This document shows, piece after piece, positions 63,770 through 64,000 of a stretch of DNA of 64,000 bases. The notes beneath the pieces are model-generated. The model searched no databases, was not told where the DNA came from, and saw only the letters and a program-made list of their open reading frames with translations. Source of the stretch: Octopus sinensis (lineage: Eukaryota); assembly GCF_006345805.1 (NCBI RefSeq), contig NC_043003.1, positions 37,448,001 through 37,512,000 of the forward strand, read 5' to 3'. The translations under genes and the position numbers were made by a program. Each line of letters opens with the position of its first letter. The first letter of the stretch is position 1.

Positions 63770-64000
63770 TTGATGGGATAACAAAGAGGCTCTCATCTGG
63801 TGGGCCTTTATTGAAGACTTTGTAGTTTATGGTGTATTTGTCATAATGAGAACCAAACATTGCATCATAACCCATCATTTCAAAACGAAGTGGATACTGT
63901 GAATCATCCGTCACCCACATAGTGTACGTGTTTGTTTTTGAACCTATTTTCTCAACTTTTTCAAATATTTGTATCCGGAAATCAATGTAAGTGCTTCTAC
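63770..64000 (-). CDS. Cysteine protease N-terminal-domain exon, 5' boundary not resolved (..KIGSKTNTYTMWV..PLRFEMMGYDAMFGSHYDKY..)
   Basis: Donor A|GTAAGT at 63769; GSHYDKY is typical of the 26-kDa N-terminal domain; frame open to the window edge. Confidence 0.9.

Overview
Eukaryotic, AT-rich, microsatellite- and SINE-dense animal DNA. The repeat families point to an octopus or another coleoid cephalopod (inference). I assembled three spliced protein-coding genes by hand. (1) A complete + strand gene for a 241-aa secreted single-Reeler-domain protein with a hydrophobic, GPI-like C-terminus; four coding exons, 22167-44024. (2) The 3' seven exons of a - strand papain-family C1A cysteine protease of the 26/29-kDa proteinase / CfaD type (64000 to 48435), convergent with the Reeler gene. 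(3) The first three candidate exons of an unidentified - strand gene (5780 to 1265, running off the left edge); its exon 2/3 junction reads UGA or UGU depending on a NAGNAG acceptor. The main accessory feature is a 7.4-kb, apparently young, full-length Naiad-type Penelope-like retroelement in Reeler intron 3. It has RT and GIY-YIG domains, an ~780-bp foldback at its 5' end, three minimal hammerhead ribozymes, an Asn-rich insert and a long target duplication. Also present: several small hammerhead-bearing and foldback elements in (TA)n tracts, three Merlin-like MITEs with 8-bp TSDs, two non-autonomous Helitrons, a mariner derivative with ~210-bp inverted ends, fragments of R4/Dong, Tx1, CR1, RTE and Gypsy elements, and many tRNA-derived SINEs. 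Most entries in the ORF track are microsatellite artefacts. Family names come from motif recognition only; no database search was possible, and repeat boundaries are approximate unless a TSD is quoted.
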